From Octopus vulgaris (taxonomy: Eukaryota): a stretch of 64,000 bases of DNA. The notes beneath the pieces are model-generated. The model was given only the letters and a program-made list of their open reading frames with translations. It was not told the DNA's origin and made no database searches. The stretch is taken from assembly GCA_951406725.2 (NCBI GenBank), contig OX597823.1:76632001-76696000 (forward strand). Reading direction: 5' to 3'. Positions 1-13,329 of the stretch are shown piece after piece. Made by a program: the position numbers and the translations under genes. Position 1 is the first letter of the stretch. Each line of letters opens with the position of its first letter.

Positions 1-170
1 GGTGTGTTTATGTTCCCGTAACTTAGCAGTTCGGCAAAAGAGACAGATAGAAATAAGTGCTAAGCTTACAAAGCATAAGTCCTGGAGTCGATATTCTCAA
101 CTAAAAGGCGGTGCTTCAGCATGGCCACAGTCAAATGACTGAAACAAGTAAAAGAGTTAAAGAGTAAAAG
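1..170 (+). mobile_element. SINE family A, 3' half (cut by window start)
   Basis: Matches the 3' half of the copy at 1063-1470 (ggtgtgtttatgt..cccgtaacttagc..ttcggcaaaagagac..aaatgactgaaacaagtaaaagag). Confidence 0.7.
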
Positions 171-1062
171 TGTATTGGGGTCGATTCATTTGACTATAAT
201 TCTTGAAGGTGGTGCTGCCACGTGGCCACAGTTTAACGACGCCCTGAAACAAATGTAAGGTAAAAGATATATCCGACGGCAAAAGGAAGAACTAAACAGC
301 TTTCAATCATAACTTTACTCGACCAGGGAGTTGACCCGTGGTTAAACAACAACAAGTGAGTGAGTGAACTGCGACAATGTTGAATGATGTGTCCTACTCT
401 GCACCATCACAAAGCATCTGTGATAGATTGCAAATCGCTGACTTCATTAAGAGATAGTCTGCTTGTGACCAAAATTCTTTGTTTTTACTTGCGACATCAC
501 ATTTTATTTCAACAGTTTTGCAAGCCTTGAGGTTTCACAAATATTTGATAATCCACCTTTTTGTACTTTTTCATTGAAACTGATTTCATCTGATTGATTC
601 TTTGATTCATTGATTCGCTGATTTGGTCATTGATTCATTGATCAAAGCTCTTGATCTCTGTTTAGTTCTTTGTTCTCTTCTTATTGATATTTTCGCCTCC
701 CTTCTTTATCCTTTTTCCTTTACGCCATCTCTCCCACCAATTGCATTACTACCACCATCACCACCATCACCACCACCGCCATCATTAACACCACCACCAC
801 CATTAACACCACTAACACTAACACCACAATTGTCAATAACTATAATGACCAGCTAATGAAGCCGTCTTTATGTGGTAGATCAACCAGCTAGAAATAGCAG
901 CCAAACCGGTTTTGCTTAACAATTTAGCGATTAAACCAGTCATATCTGGCCTAAATGTTCTACTTGTTTTATATTCGAACCGACCAGATCTGGCCTCTCA
1001 TACTTATCCAACAATGTTGCTCTAAAAATATACCAATATAGTTTTCCATTCCCATTTCCCAT

Positions 1063-1470
1063 AGGCACAGGAGTCACAGTATTGTAAGTAGCTTGCTTAC
1101 CAACCACATGGTTCTGGGTTCAGTCCCACTGTGTGGCCCCTTGGGCAAGTGTCTTCTACTATAGCCTCGGGCCAACCAAAGCCTTGTGAGTGAATTTGGT
1201 AGACTGAAACTGAAAGAAGCCCATCATATATATGTATATATGTATATATATGTGTGTGTGTGTGTTTGTCCCCCCTCCCAACATTACTTGACAACTGATG
1301 CTGTTGTGTTTACATCCCCATAACTTAGTGGTTCGGCAAAAGAGACCGATAGAATAAGTACTCGGCTTACAGAGAATCAGTCCTGGGATCGATTTGCTCG
1401 ACTAAAGGCAGTGCTCCAGCATGGCCGCAGTCAAATGACTGAAACAAGTAAAGGAGCAAAGGAGTAAAGA
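1063..1470 (+). mobile_element. tRNA-derived SINE family A, full length
   Basis: tRNA-like head (ggttctgggttcagtcccact), CORE-like ccttgggcaagtg, internal (TA/TG)n tract and a conserved tail; recurs several times in the window. Confidence 0.75.
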
Positions 1471-1504
1471 GTATATCACTGAAGACCCAAAATTATGAAA
1501 TATC

Positions 1505-1928
1505 TTTTATTTCAGTCATTAGACTGTGGCCATGCTGGTGCACCGTCTTGCAGAATTTTTAGTCAAATGTATTTACTTACTTTTTTTTTATGACTCTGGT
1601 ATTTTTCTATCAGTCTCTTTTGCCGAACTGCTAAATTACCAGAATGTAAACACACTTGCACCAGTTGTCAAGTGATGGTGGTGGTGGTGGAGGGACAAAC
1701 ACAGACACAAAAGCGCGCGCACACACACACACACATATGCACACACACACGTACATATATGTACATTTATACATATATACAATAGGCTTCTTTCAGTTTC
1801 TGTCTACCAAATCCACTCACAAGGCTTTGGTTGGCCCGAAGCTATTGTAGAAGGTGCTTCACAGTAGGACTGAACCTGGAACCATGTGGCTGGTAAGCAA
1901 GCTTCTTACAGCATAGCCATGCCTGCCC
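1505..1928 (-). mobile_element. SINE family A
   Basis: Reverse complement of the 1063-1470 sequence, including the internal (CA)n tract. Confidence 0.7.
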
Positions 1929-2221
1929 CTATGATAATGCACAGTTAATTCAAAACAATATGTCTTGCAAACAACTTGCACATGCAAGTGCTACCAGTTA
2001 AGAATTCCGCCTTTAGTCAAACAAATTGGCCCCAGGACTTATTCTTTGTAAGCCGAGTACTTATTCTATCAGCCTCTTTTGCTGAACCACTAAGTTATGG
2101 GAACGTAAACACAACAGCATCAGAAGTCAGCAAGTGTATGGGGTTATCAGGAGAGAATGCGTGCCATTTTGGGGCCTACCACTCAGCAATACTATGTAGA
2201 AATGAGCATTACACTTCACAG

Positions 2222-2436
2222 AAGGCAGTGAGCTGGCAGAAGCATAAGCATTTGAGGTGAAATGCTTAGCGGTAGTACGCCTGTCTTTACGTTCTGAGTT
2301 CAAATTCCACTGAGTTCGATTTTACCTTTCATCCTTTCAGGGTCAATAAATTAAGTATCAGTTGCATACTGGGGTTGATCTAATCAACTGGCCCCCTCCC
2401 CAAAAATTTTGTGCCTTGTGCCTAGAGTAGAAAAGA
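2222..2436 (+). mobile_element. tRNA-derived SINE family B
   Basis: gagctggcagaa..gaaatgcttagc..gttctgagttcaaattcc (B-box-like) followed by ctttcatcctttc.gggtc.ataaa; homologues at 5750-6880 and 49600-50000. Confidence 0.7.
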
Positions 2437-2595
2437 TTACATTTCACAGAGTAATCTGAATGTTAAAGGGTTAATAATTTCTTTGAAGAATTAAATCAGT
2501 GGTACTCAACCATTATTTTACCTACGGATCCCTTTCATTCTTATTTCGCTTGGGGGTGGGGGGGAGCCCATGTAAGGTTTTATCATTAAAATTCA

Positions 2596-3008
2596 TAGTA
2601 AAGATTGTTTGCCAACATAATATGGCATTCTTGGTTTAGGACTATTGTTGCTGCAATTTAGCCCCAGGAGACATCGTCTCCAGCTGGCTATATGACACAA
2701 TCTGTGCTCTTATATTTTCGAACAAGGGAATCTAGCACCTCCACTCAGCTCAAAACAATATCTGTGTATTGTGATTTCTGGGTTATTTCTCTTCATCAGC
2801 ACAGAAATAACCCAGAAATAGCCCAGAAATCGTGATACACGGATATTGTTTTGAGCTGAGTGGAGGTGCTAGATTCCCTTGTTCAAAAATATAAGGGCAC
2901 AGATTGTGTTGTATAGCCAGCTGGAGATGATGTCTCCTGGGGCTAAATTACAGCAACATTAATTCTAAACCAGGACTGCCATGTTATATTGGCAAACAAT
3001 TTTTACTA
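2596..3008. repeat. Long inverted repeat (arms about 195 bp), probably inverted Penelope-like pLTR pair
   Basis: 2596-2790 is a near-perfect reverse complement of about 2814-3008; the centre contains a hammerhead-like CTGATGA...GAAA motif on the minus strand. Confidence 0.85.
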
Positions 3009-3094
3009 CAAAGTACTGTTGCTGAATATCTCACATTGTGAGATTTAAAAATAGTAATTTTCTAATTAAAATTCATGTGCAATAAATTGGTTAT

Positions 3095-3270
3095 CATCAT
3101 CATTATCATTGTCATTTACTGTCCATTTTCAATGCTGGTATAGGTTGGATGGTTTGACAGGAGATGGCAAGTAAGAAGACTGAGCCAGACTCCAGTCCTC
3201 TCTTTTAGCATGGTTTCTATAGCTGGATGTCCTTCTTAATGCCAACCACTCTACAGAGTGTACTTGGTGT
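3095..3270 (-). mobile_element. Retroposon family C fragment ending in a (GAT)n tail (RTE-type 3' end or derived SINE)
   Basis: Homologous to 5961-6230 and 63395-63730 (catcatcat..gggttgga..tttctacagctggatgccctt..aacgccaaccact). Confidence 0.5.
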
Positions 3271-4929
3271 TTTTGTTTTGTTTTTTTTTGTAATGGGGTG
3301 TATGTAGTTATACTTCTATAATGCACAAAATATCTTAACAATTTTTTTCATACAATTCCTAATAATATTTTACTAGCAGGACCCATGAATATTTCACAGA
3401 ATTAATAGTAAACCTATTGGGTTATGTCTGAAAACTTTATCCATAAACAACCCGAAAGTGCAGCCTATGTTATGTCTGTATGGAAAAGAAATCACTCATC
3501 TGCTATTCATCAAAAAGTGGAAGAAATTGGAATACGATGATTATTTAATGCACTTTATATATACAATTTATATACTTTATGCACAGTTTTATAGACTTAA
3601 TACACTGCACTGGTATAATAAATATTCACCCTTATTTTACCATTTTTCCTCGTAAATAAAAAAAAAAATCACATATATAGGATACGACCTTTAGTTAAAC
3701 TGCATATATCTACCACATAAATAAGCATGAATATTTCATGGAATTGCACTTATGTGCATGCATTAAGTGATAGGTGATATAAAAAAAAAACTTAGTTCGA
3801 TTTAAAAAGCAAAATACACTTTACACTGTCCACATACAACCATCACCTCCATCTCCCCAACCACCATCATCATCATCATTTCTCTCCTGCTCTTCGCCTT
3901 ATCCTCTTTTTCTCTCTCCTTTTTCTTTCTCCTTTTTTCCTTTCAACTAATCATGTGAAAGTGTGTTACAATTACATCTCCTCTACCTCACGTCATGGCT
4001 GCTTCTCTCTCCTTCTTTTTCTCTCTCCCTCACTCATTTTCTCCCTCCCTCATTTTCTCTTTCCCTCACTCATTTTCTCCCTCCCTCATTTTTTTCTCTC
4101 CCTCTCTCTCTCTCTCACTCTTTTTGTCTCTCCCTCTTTTCCTCTAATCACGTGAAAGCGTTACTGAAGGGCTAAGTAATGCAATGACAGACAGAATTAT
4201 TGAGATTATAAAAATATAAGGGGATTTTTTAATAAAGTGAATGGCTATAAGGGTCCACCTGAATAAAATAGGAACCAAAGGGGTCCATAGAAGAAAAAAA
4301 AGGGATTGAGAAACACTGTCTGACATGGCAATTTAAACTACTAGAAATAACAGCCAAATCTCTCTGAAATCATTGTTACTGTCTTCAGAAAGGAGGGACA
4401 ATCCCTCAGATGATGTAGTTCTAGATATGCTGTAATGTCTATGAATAAAAAAACCGAACTCATTAGGGAACTTGAGAATCGAAAATAATCATAAGGCTGA
4501 CCTGGGGCTAAAGAGCAGCAACTATTTTAATTGTCTATCATTGTGTTAAAGGTCATGCTTGAGTTCATTGACCAAGGCTATTGAAATACAACAACAACAA
4601 CAACAACAGCAAGAACAAGTAAAAAAAAAGCCATATTTAAATATCAACAAACCAACAGAAAATTAAATTACAATACATAACACTTCTCCCCCCCCCACCA
4701 CCACCACCACCACTACCCACCTCCACACTCCCCTATCCCACCTTAGCAAAGCAATGAAACTGTAGAAAAATAAAAAAAAATAAAAAAAAAAAATAATGAA
4801 GAAAAAAGAAAGAAAGAAAGAAAAAGAAAACTAATTAAGAAAATCAAATCAAATGAAGAATAGTAATTTTGCATGGCTAATATTCAAATTAGTATGATTG
4901 GAATAACACATCCTTATCGATAATACTAT

Positions 4930-5720
4930 CATGATCAGCATGATCAACATTGCCATCATCATCATCACCATCATCATCATCAGCAGCAGCAGCACCCTTC
5001 TCACCACCCCCACCACGACCATCATCATCATCATCATCATACCATTATTGTTTATATTATTGCTGTTCTTCTTCTTCTTCTTATTATTATTATTATTATT
5101 GTTGCTGTTATTATTATTATTATTATTATTATCATTATTATTATTATCATTATCAATACAGCTGTCATTCTATTATCGTCATCATCCTCATCCTCATCAT
5201 CATCGTTTTCATCCTCACCACGAACACCGCTGCCACTGCTGCCACCAGTACCACCATCATCATCATCACAACCATCGCCATCATCACCATCTCCATCCAT
5301 CCTTCTCCTCATCCTCCATCATCATCATCATCATGGTAAACAAGGGGAGAATGACAATAATGATTTATCATAGCTGTAATGATTAATGGCTGCGATGAGG
5401 CTGAGATGAGGATGGTGCTGGTGGCGAAATTAGTTACATTTACAGAGATGGCTGAGGAGTGTGAGGTGGATGGTAGTGGTTGTAACAGTAGCAGCAGTAA
5501 TAGTGGTAGTAGTGGCAGTGGTGGAAGTGGGGTGCTTTTGGTTGTGGTGGTGGTTTTGGTTCTGGTTTTGGTGGTGGTGGAGGACAGTGGTATCAACAAT
5601 TGTGGTAATGATAGTGGTGGATAGTGACAATGGTGCTGGTATTGGTGGTGCTGCTACTGGTAGCAGTGGTTCAGGTGATAGTAGAGCTGCTGCTGCTGCT
5701 GCTGGTGTTGATATGACGCT
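4930..5720. repeat. Compound trinucleotide microsatellites (CAT/TAT/GGT/GCT)
   Basis: Directly visible; explains the low-complexity ORFs here. Confidence 0.9.
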
Positions 5721-5749
5721 GGTGTTAACAATAGTTATATCTACCATAA

Positions 5750-6880
5750 GATGACAAGATGGCAGCATCATTAGCCCGCCAAGCAAAATGCTTAGCAGCT
5801 GGTCATCCATCTTTATGTTTCAAGTTCAAATTCCATCAAGGTCAAAATTGCTTTTCATCTTTTTGAGATCAATAAAATAAGTACCATTTGATTATTGGGG
5901 TCGGCATCATCGATTTATTTCCTCAATGAAAATTACAGACCTTGTGCTAAAATTTGAAACATCATCATCATCGTTTAACGAAGCTAGCATGGGTTGGACG
6001 ATTTGACTAAGGACTGGCAAACCAGATGGCTGCACCAGGCTCCAATCTTCATCTGGCAGAATTTCTACAGCTGGATGCCCTTTAACGCCAACCACTCTGA
6101 GAGTGTAGTGGGTGCTTTTAAGTGCCACTGGCTTGAGGGCCAGTCAGGCAGTACTGATAATGGCCATGCTCAAATCGTGTGTTTTTACATGCCACCTGCA
6201 CAGGAGCCAATCCAGCAGCACTGGCAGCCAATATTCATATCTATTGTAAGATGGCGAGCAGGCAAAATCGTTTGCCCGCCAGGTAAAATACCTGACAGCA
6301 TTTCATCTGTGTTATGTTCTTAGTTCAAATTCCACCAAGGTTGAATTTGCTGTTCATCCTTTTGGGGTTGATTTAAATAAGAACCAGTTTGAACAGTCGG
6401 GTCAACGTAATCAACTTACCCCTTTCTCAGAAGTATTTATGGTCATGAAAGGCAATGAGCTGGCAGAATTGTTAGCATACTGGACAAAAGCTTAGTGGCA
6501 TTTCATCCAAATTTCACCAAGGTAGACTTTGCCATTTCATCTTTTCACAGTCAGACCAATAAGTACCAGTTTGAACAGTAGGATCAATGTAATTGACTTA
6601 CTTCTCCCTCGAAATTGCTGGCCTTGTGTCAAAAATATGAAACCAATTTTACAATATGGCCCAAGGTGGCAAGCTAGCAGAATCATTAGCATACCAGACA
6701 GAATACTTTGTGACATTTCATCTTTGGTTACATTCCACCTAGTTCAAATGCCACCTAGGTCAACTTTGACTTTCATCCTTTCAGGGACAATAAAGTAAGT
6801 ACCAGTTGATAACTGGGGTTGATATAATTGATTTATCTCCTGCCACGAAATTGCTGGCCTTGTGCCAAAGTTTGAAGCTG
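5750..6880 (+). mobile_element. Cluster of four decayed SINE B copies, with a family C fragment at 5961-6230
   Basis: Repeated agttcaaattcc..aggtc..tttgc.tttcatc.ttt..aagtaccagtt blocks near 5820, 6320, 6520 and 6740. Confidence 0.6.
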
Positions 6881-7094
6881 ATATTTATATTTATTGTTGG
6901 TAGTAACAGTTGTAAGTGTTGTGATGATGATGGCTGTGTTGTCACAAAGGTGGTGAAGGTTGTATTATTTGCGATCGCCATACCATCATAAACCATGGCT
7001 GCACAGGGGGCTATTGCCTAAAGCAGGGGTTCCCAGACATTTTAGAACATCGATCTCCTTTCATGGGCTCTTTGACCCTTCCTAACCCAGGCAT

Positions 7095-7480
7095 ACTCTT
7101 TTACTTGTTTCAGTCATTTGACTGCAGCCATGCTGGAGCACTGCCATTTAGTCAAGCAAATCGACCCCAGGACTTATTTTTTGTACTTATTCTCTCGGTC
7201 TCTTATGCTGAACTGCTAAGTTACGAGGACATAAACACACCAAAATCGGTTGTCAAGTGATGTTGGGGGGGACAAACACAGACACACAAACATACATATC
7301 TATATATATACATATATATATACGATGGGCTTCTTTCAGTTTCCATCTATCAAATCCACTCACAAGGCTTTGGTTAGCCCGAGGCTATAGTAGAAGACAC
7401 TTGCCCAGGGTGCCACGCAGTGGGACTGAACCCGGAACCATGTGGCTGGTAAGCAAGCTACTTACTACATGGCCACTCCT
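7095..7480 (-). mobile_element. SINE family A
   Basis: Reverse-complement match to 1063-1470. Confidence 0.75.
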
Positions 7481-7699
7481 GTACCTATGTACAAGAAAAT
7501 AAAAGATAATAATAAATAATAATAATTAAGTAAATGTGCATTTACCCACTTATTGAATAGTTCCATTGACCCTCCACTCACCCACCAGTGGTCGATGTCG
7601 ACCACTTTGGAGACCCCTAGCCTAAAGGTTTCTCCCTCCCCCAATGAGATAGCATCCCAATGGTAATTTATGTGTGCCATAGTTTGCAATCAATTAATA

Positions 7700-8085
7700 G
7701 GTGCAGGCGTGGCTGTGTGGTAAGTAGCTTGATTACTAACCACATTGTTCTAGGTTCAGTCCCACTTCTCCTACAACCTCAAGCTGACCAAGGACTTGTG
7801 AGTGGATTTGAAAGACGGAAACTGAAAGAAGCCCATCACATACATATGTGTGTGTGTGTGTGTGTGTGAGTGAGTGTGTGTGTTTGTGTGTCTGTATTCC
7901 CCCCACCCCCACAATCACTTGACAACCGATGTTAGTGTGTTCATGTCCCCATAACTTTGCGGTTCAGCAAAAGTGACTGACTGATTAAGTACTAGGCTTA
8001 CAAAGAATAAGTCCTGGGGTCGATTTGTTCCAGTAAAGGCAGTGCTCCAGCATGGCCTGCTCTCAAACGACTGAAACAAATAAAT
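7700..8085 (+). mobile_element. SINE family A
   Basis: Direct match to 1063-1470. Confidence 0.75.
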
Positions 8086-8199
8086 AGAGGTGAAGTACCA
8101 TACATTGATTTACTTAGAAAATCATTTATGTTGTTAAGATGACTCTCAGTGGTAGCAGCTATTGAGATACTGATGGTTGTGATGTCATCAGTGATAGTG

Positions 8200-9240
8200 A
8201 GCAAGGGTTTCTGATGGTTGTTGTTGTTGTTATTTAAACCCCAGGCCTTCACTGATCAAAAAGATGTTGTTTCTCATTAAAATAGCAGAGTTTGATAGAA
8301 AAGTATTTGGTTACTGTTTCTAGCTTATCAAGCAACTGTGTTGTTGTTGTTGTTGCCCTATTGATTTATGTAATGTTTGTGTTGGCATCGTTGGTGGTAG
8401 TGGGGGCAATGGTGACAGAGATAATGATGATTGTAGGGGATCTGCTGCTGCTGCTGATGATGATGATAATTAGACTGGTTATGATTAGGATGGCAACAGT
8501 TTTAATGCTGATGATTTGGTGGTGATGGTGGTGGTGAAAGTGGTGGTGAAGGTAGTGGAGATGGTGGTGGTGAACAAAGACAACGATGATGGTGGTGGTG
8601 GTGGTCTTGATGGTGGTGATGATGATGATGATGAAGATAGTGGTGGTGGTGGTGATGGAGATAATTATGATGATGAGGAGGAGAAGGAGGAAGAGGGGAG
8701 AAGGAGGAGAGGAGGAGGAGATTGATAGTAATAAACGTGATGCAGATGTTGCTGCTTCTGTTGGTGCCATTGCTGTTGTTGCTGCTGACGATGATGATGT
8801 TGATGATGATGATGACGATGATGATTACAAGAATCTAATAAATTCATTAATCATCAAACGAGCAATAAATGAACAAAGCAAATAAAAGCGAATTAAACAA
8901 CTTTCAATAATTAACAAACCTAAATTCAGAAATGCTTTTCAAATTATTTTTCCAGAAGCAACATCATCATCACCATCATCATCCTCATCATCATCATCAT
9001 TGACATCATCGTTCTTCTCATTCTCTTCCTCCTCTTCCATATCATCATTATTGTCATCATCATCATCAACGTTCTTATTATCCTTAGCATCCTTACCACC
9101 ATAATCCTTATCAGCAGCAGCATCACCACCATCCATCATTGTCTCCACCGTCACCACAACCACCATCATTATAATCGTTACAGTACATCATCATCACCAT
9201 CATCATCAGTATTAATCTCATTATCAACAACAACAAAGAC
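8200..9240. repeat. Compound (GAT/GGT/CAT)n microsatellites
   Basis: Directly visible. Confidence 0.85.
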
Positions 9241-9680
9241 AAATATCAAATGGTCAAATATTTTCTCTTAATGGTTTTCATCTTTTCTAATTACACATAT
9301 GGTTGTTTGTCTGTGTTTTTAAAATGTTATATTTATTGTCCTTGTTGCTGTTTTGTAGCTCCAAGGTTAGCTCTGATCAAACAGAGTTAAAACCAAATGC
9401 ATTCCAACCATGACCACCCCTGTTTTTCTCATACGCAGTGTAATTCTGCAAAAAAAACATTGTCCATATTTTTATCTGTTACCATGAACTTGTGTGTATG
9501 TGTGCGTATTTACCTTATCTGTGTGTGTCCGTGTGCATTTCTATCTATGTTTGTATTTGCGTGTACATTTGTCTCTGTATGTGTGTGCGTGTGCATGCTA
9601 AAAGGAGAATGTCTTGCCATAAAACCAGTTCAAGATGAAACAAAAAATATGATTGTGATTTTCTCTGCTTCAGTGTATGC

Positions 9681-9856
9681 TAGTGCTACTCAAAGCGGTC
9701 CACAGACCAGTGCTGATCCATGAGCCATCAGCTGCCAGCACACAGTAAGTTTCCAGAAAAGAAACATTATAAAATGCTTATATAATATTATATTATTTGT
9801 TTACAAAATAAATATAAGATAAAAAAAACTTGACAACTTTAATTATATTCATTATA

Positions 9857-9891
<35 letters not shown>

Positions 9892-9991
9892 TATTTCTGG
9901 TATAAATTAATATTACTAAGAATATTACAGTTCCTTGGCACACTGGAAAAAAACTGCTGGTATGCCACATCAGATAGTTTGAGAAACACTG
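9681..9991. mobile_element. Non-autonomous hAT/Charlie-like MITE
   Basis: Imperfect 14-bp TIRs (tagtgctactcaaa / tttgagaaacactg) and a decayed 8-bp TSD candidate (gtgtatgc / gtgtacca). Confidence 0.5.
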
Positions 9992-10104
9992 GTGTACCAT
10001 ACAGCAGTAGGCTACAAGTGGTGAGGCACATTGAGACCCATAAGAAGTCTTGACAATAGGTGAATGCTACGTGATACATTGCTATCCAAACATATATGGA
10101 AAAA

Positions 10105-10480
10105 GGCATGGCTGTGTGGTAAGCTTGCATCCCAACCACATTGTTCTGGGTTCAGTCCCACTGCATAACATCTTGGGCAAGTGTCTTCAACTATAACCTT
10201 AGGCTGACCAAAGCCTTGTGAGTGGATTTGGTAGACGGAAACTGAATGGAGCCCGTCGCATATGTATGTGTATTTGTGTCTGCGTTTGTCCTCCCCACCA
10301 TTGTCTGACAACCGATTTTGGTGTGTTTATGTCCTTATAAGTTAGCAGTTCGGCAAAGAAACCCGATAAAATAAGTATTAGGCCTACAAGGAATATATCC
10401 TAAGTTTGATTTGTTCCACTAAAGAAGGTGCTCCAGCATTGCAACGGCCAAATGACTAAAACAAGTAAAAGAAAAAAGAA
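10105..10480 (+). mobile_element. SINE family A
   Basis: Direct match to 1063-1470. Confidence 0.75.
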
Positions 10481-10502
10481 TAAAAATGCTGATGCTGCAA
10501 AC

Positions 10503-13012
10503 TGTTGTGACGAGAGTCATTGACACCCCTAGGGAATTGGATGAATGGACAAGCCGAACACTTATAAAGAGTGGCGTATTGCTTGAGACAAGAGGTTTGG
10601 TAGGAGTCGTTGAGAGAGCATTTTGGAGTCTCACAAAGTACGTCATGTGAACACATTGATTTTACATTCGCTCTGTTAGATTATATATCCAACGTCTGTC
10701 TAGCATATAAAAGTGGCAACGAAATATTCGAAGCTTGCGTCGGACGTAAAAATTGGGTTTTCGTACGAAATCGAAGAAAAAAAATCATTAACATGGAAGA
10801 CTTATTGGCTTGCATGATGTACTTACAACAACTACAAGTTACTGGAAGTAATGTTGAAGAAATCTGAAAATACTTTAGGTTCTCGTCAGACGGCGTAGCA
10901 AACCCAACTGGAGAATTTATTTATAATCCAGAAACTACTGTTTTTTGAGCATATTTTAGAAGATGCGAAGAAATCTTCAAAGAAGAATATGAAAATTGGA
11001 ATGACGAGAAGGTGCGACTACTTTTAAAAAAGTTATAACCTGCCGAACACGAAAAATACTGTAATTATATTCTGCCGAAGAAAAAGAGTTTAAAAAATTT
11101 CTCCTGAAGTTTTTTTTTTTTTCTGGTGAATTAGGTCTTTGCACCAAAGCAGGCGAAATTTCAACCGAAAGAAAACGCTATACCGGTATTTAAACCAAAA
11201 CGAAGGGTATCTTTTGCAGTGTTGAAACAAGTCAACGAAGAATTGGATAGACTTGAAATTTGATTACACAAAATAGATATCCACAACAGTTTATGCCAAG
11301 AAAAAAAAAAAGTAAAATCCGAGTATGCGCTGATTTTTCAACAAGATTAAAAGAATGTTTGATACCGTGTAATTTTCTGTTACCAAGTCCGGAGGAAATT
11401 TTCGCAAAGTTGAATGGAGGAAAATTTTTTCAAAATCTTATCTGAAGCATATTTGCTGGTGAAAGTCGATGAGGAGTGTTCAAAATTATTGACTATAAAT
11501 ACCCATAAAGGGCTGCATAAATTTAAACGCCTCCCCTTTGGTATAAAGGTAGCGTCTGGCATTTTCCAACAAATTATGGACATTATGCTCGCAGGTTCGG
11601 ATTTCTCTGTAGCTTACATTGACGAGATACTCATAAAAAGTGAATCTCGGGGTCAGCATGCTGAGCATGTTAAAAAGGTCTTCGAAATAAAAGATTATGG
11701 GTTCAAGCTCAGCGAGGAAAAGTTTGAATTTTTTATGCCAAGAATAAAATATCTAGGGCAGAATGTTGATGAAAATGGACGCAAACCAGACCCATCTAGG
11801 GCGTATGCAATAAAAAAAATATGCCTCTCCTGACAAACATTACAGCGTTACAAGCATTTTTGAGGCTGGCAAATTACTACAAGGTATACATGCCGAATAT
11901 GCACGATTTAAGAACACTCCTGAATAACTTGCTAAAAAAGCACGTTAACTGGAACTGGTAGGACAAATGCCAAACAGCTTTTGAAGAAATTAAAACGTCT
12001 TAACATCGGAATTGTTGCTATTCCGTTTTGACCACAATTTAGAAATAGTAGTGGCAGCAGATGCTAGTGAAATTTACACAAATATGAAGATGGTAGCCTG
12101 AAAGCAGTAGCTCATGCTTCGCATTAATTATTGTTGGCTGAGAAAAGTTAGTCAAATAGAAAAAGAGGCATTAGCCATCATATCTGCGGTAAAAAAAATT
12201 CTATAAATTTATACATAGAAGAAGTATCCATTTGCAGACAGACCACCCATTATTGTCGATCTATGGATCAAAAACCGAGTATCCTTACACATACAGCCAA
12301 CAGATTGCAGAGCCGGGGAACGACCTTACTGGATTACGACTCCAAAAGAGAATATTTGCCATCGAAAAAATTGGGACATGCAGATGTTTTGTCAAGGTTA
12401 ATACCAAAATGCAGTGAACCACTAGAAAATAGTGATAAAGGCGTTAAAACCGAAAATGAAATAAAAAATATATTGTGCAATGTTGTGCGTAAATTGCCTG
12501 TGACATTCGAGGAAATAAAAATTAATGCAGAGGCGGACGAGTTTACCGTAAAAATGAAAAGAAAATAGTGAGATCAGAAGAAACATAAAAAATACGTGTG
12601 GCTGGTAACATACTTTCGAATTTGTATTCGATATGTGATAATGTGCTTATGTATGCAGAGAGGGTAGTAATGCCCACATTACTACAAGGTCGAATGTTAA
12701 AGGAATTCAATACCGGACATCCAGAAATTTCTAGAATGAAGTCGCTTGTGAGGAGTTATGTTTACTGGCCAAAAATGGATACAGATATTGAGAGGTTAGT
12801 AAAATCCTGCAGAGGTTGTGCTCTTGCAGCGAAATCACCAACTATAAAATTTCAGCCTTGACCCAAGACCGATACTCCAAGGTCCAGGCTACACATATAC
12901 TTTGCAGGACCGTTAAACCGATCTTATTATCTGATAGTGGTAGATAGCTTTACAAAATATCCAGAAATATGTAAATGTGGAAAACTGACAACCACGGTAA
13001 CAGCGGAATTTC
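10503..13012 (+). mobile_element. Decayed Ty3/Gypsy LTR retrotransposon (copy A): 5' LTR, partial gag, RT, RNase H, integrase N-terminus
   Basis: Putative LTR starting TGT at about 10503 and PBS-like TGGCAACGA at about 10714; RT motifs IRVCADF, RLPFG, YIDE; RNase H-linked HADVLSR; integrase zinc finger GHP..YWP..CRGC; many frameshifts. Confidence 0.85.
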
Positions 13013-13149
13013 TGTGTCCACTTCAACAACTTTCTCATCCATCTTTTTCCTTTCTTTTATTACTTTCTCTGTAAAAACACTTGGCTTGGTGGTTTGGGTA
13101 TTCAGTTCACAATCGTAAGGTCATGAGTTCGATATTTGCAAAGTATCGT

Positions 13150-13315
13150 ATTACTCTTGAATACTGTCTTGATGTCATATGGGCTGCATATCTTTTGTAT
13201 CTTTTCGGAGAGGCATTTCACATAGGGTAGACAGACTGGACAGTTGTCTATTTAATAGAAATATCTAAATCCACTTTTAGTCACATGGGGATGTTTGGAA
13301 TCCTTCCACACCATC
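13150..13315 (-). pseudogene. Penelope-like RT C-terminal remnant
   Basis: Minus strand reads DSKHPHVTK..NRQLSSLS, like SCHPP..RISSLSS in the element at 54309-54782; homologous to 47935-48060. Confidence 0.4.
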
Positions 13316-13329
13316 TTTTTTGTATCATT

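Noticed and set aside
4849-9169. Many poly-His/Ile/Asp/Met ORFs (also 59882-60923)
   Set aside because: Translations of trinucleotide and dinucleotide repeats; no domain or exon evidence.
9674-9750. Possible exon (cttcag ... gtaagt)
   Set aside because: Lies mostly inside a hAT-like MITE end; no supporting neighbouring exons.
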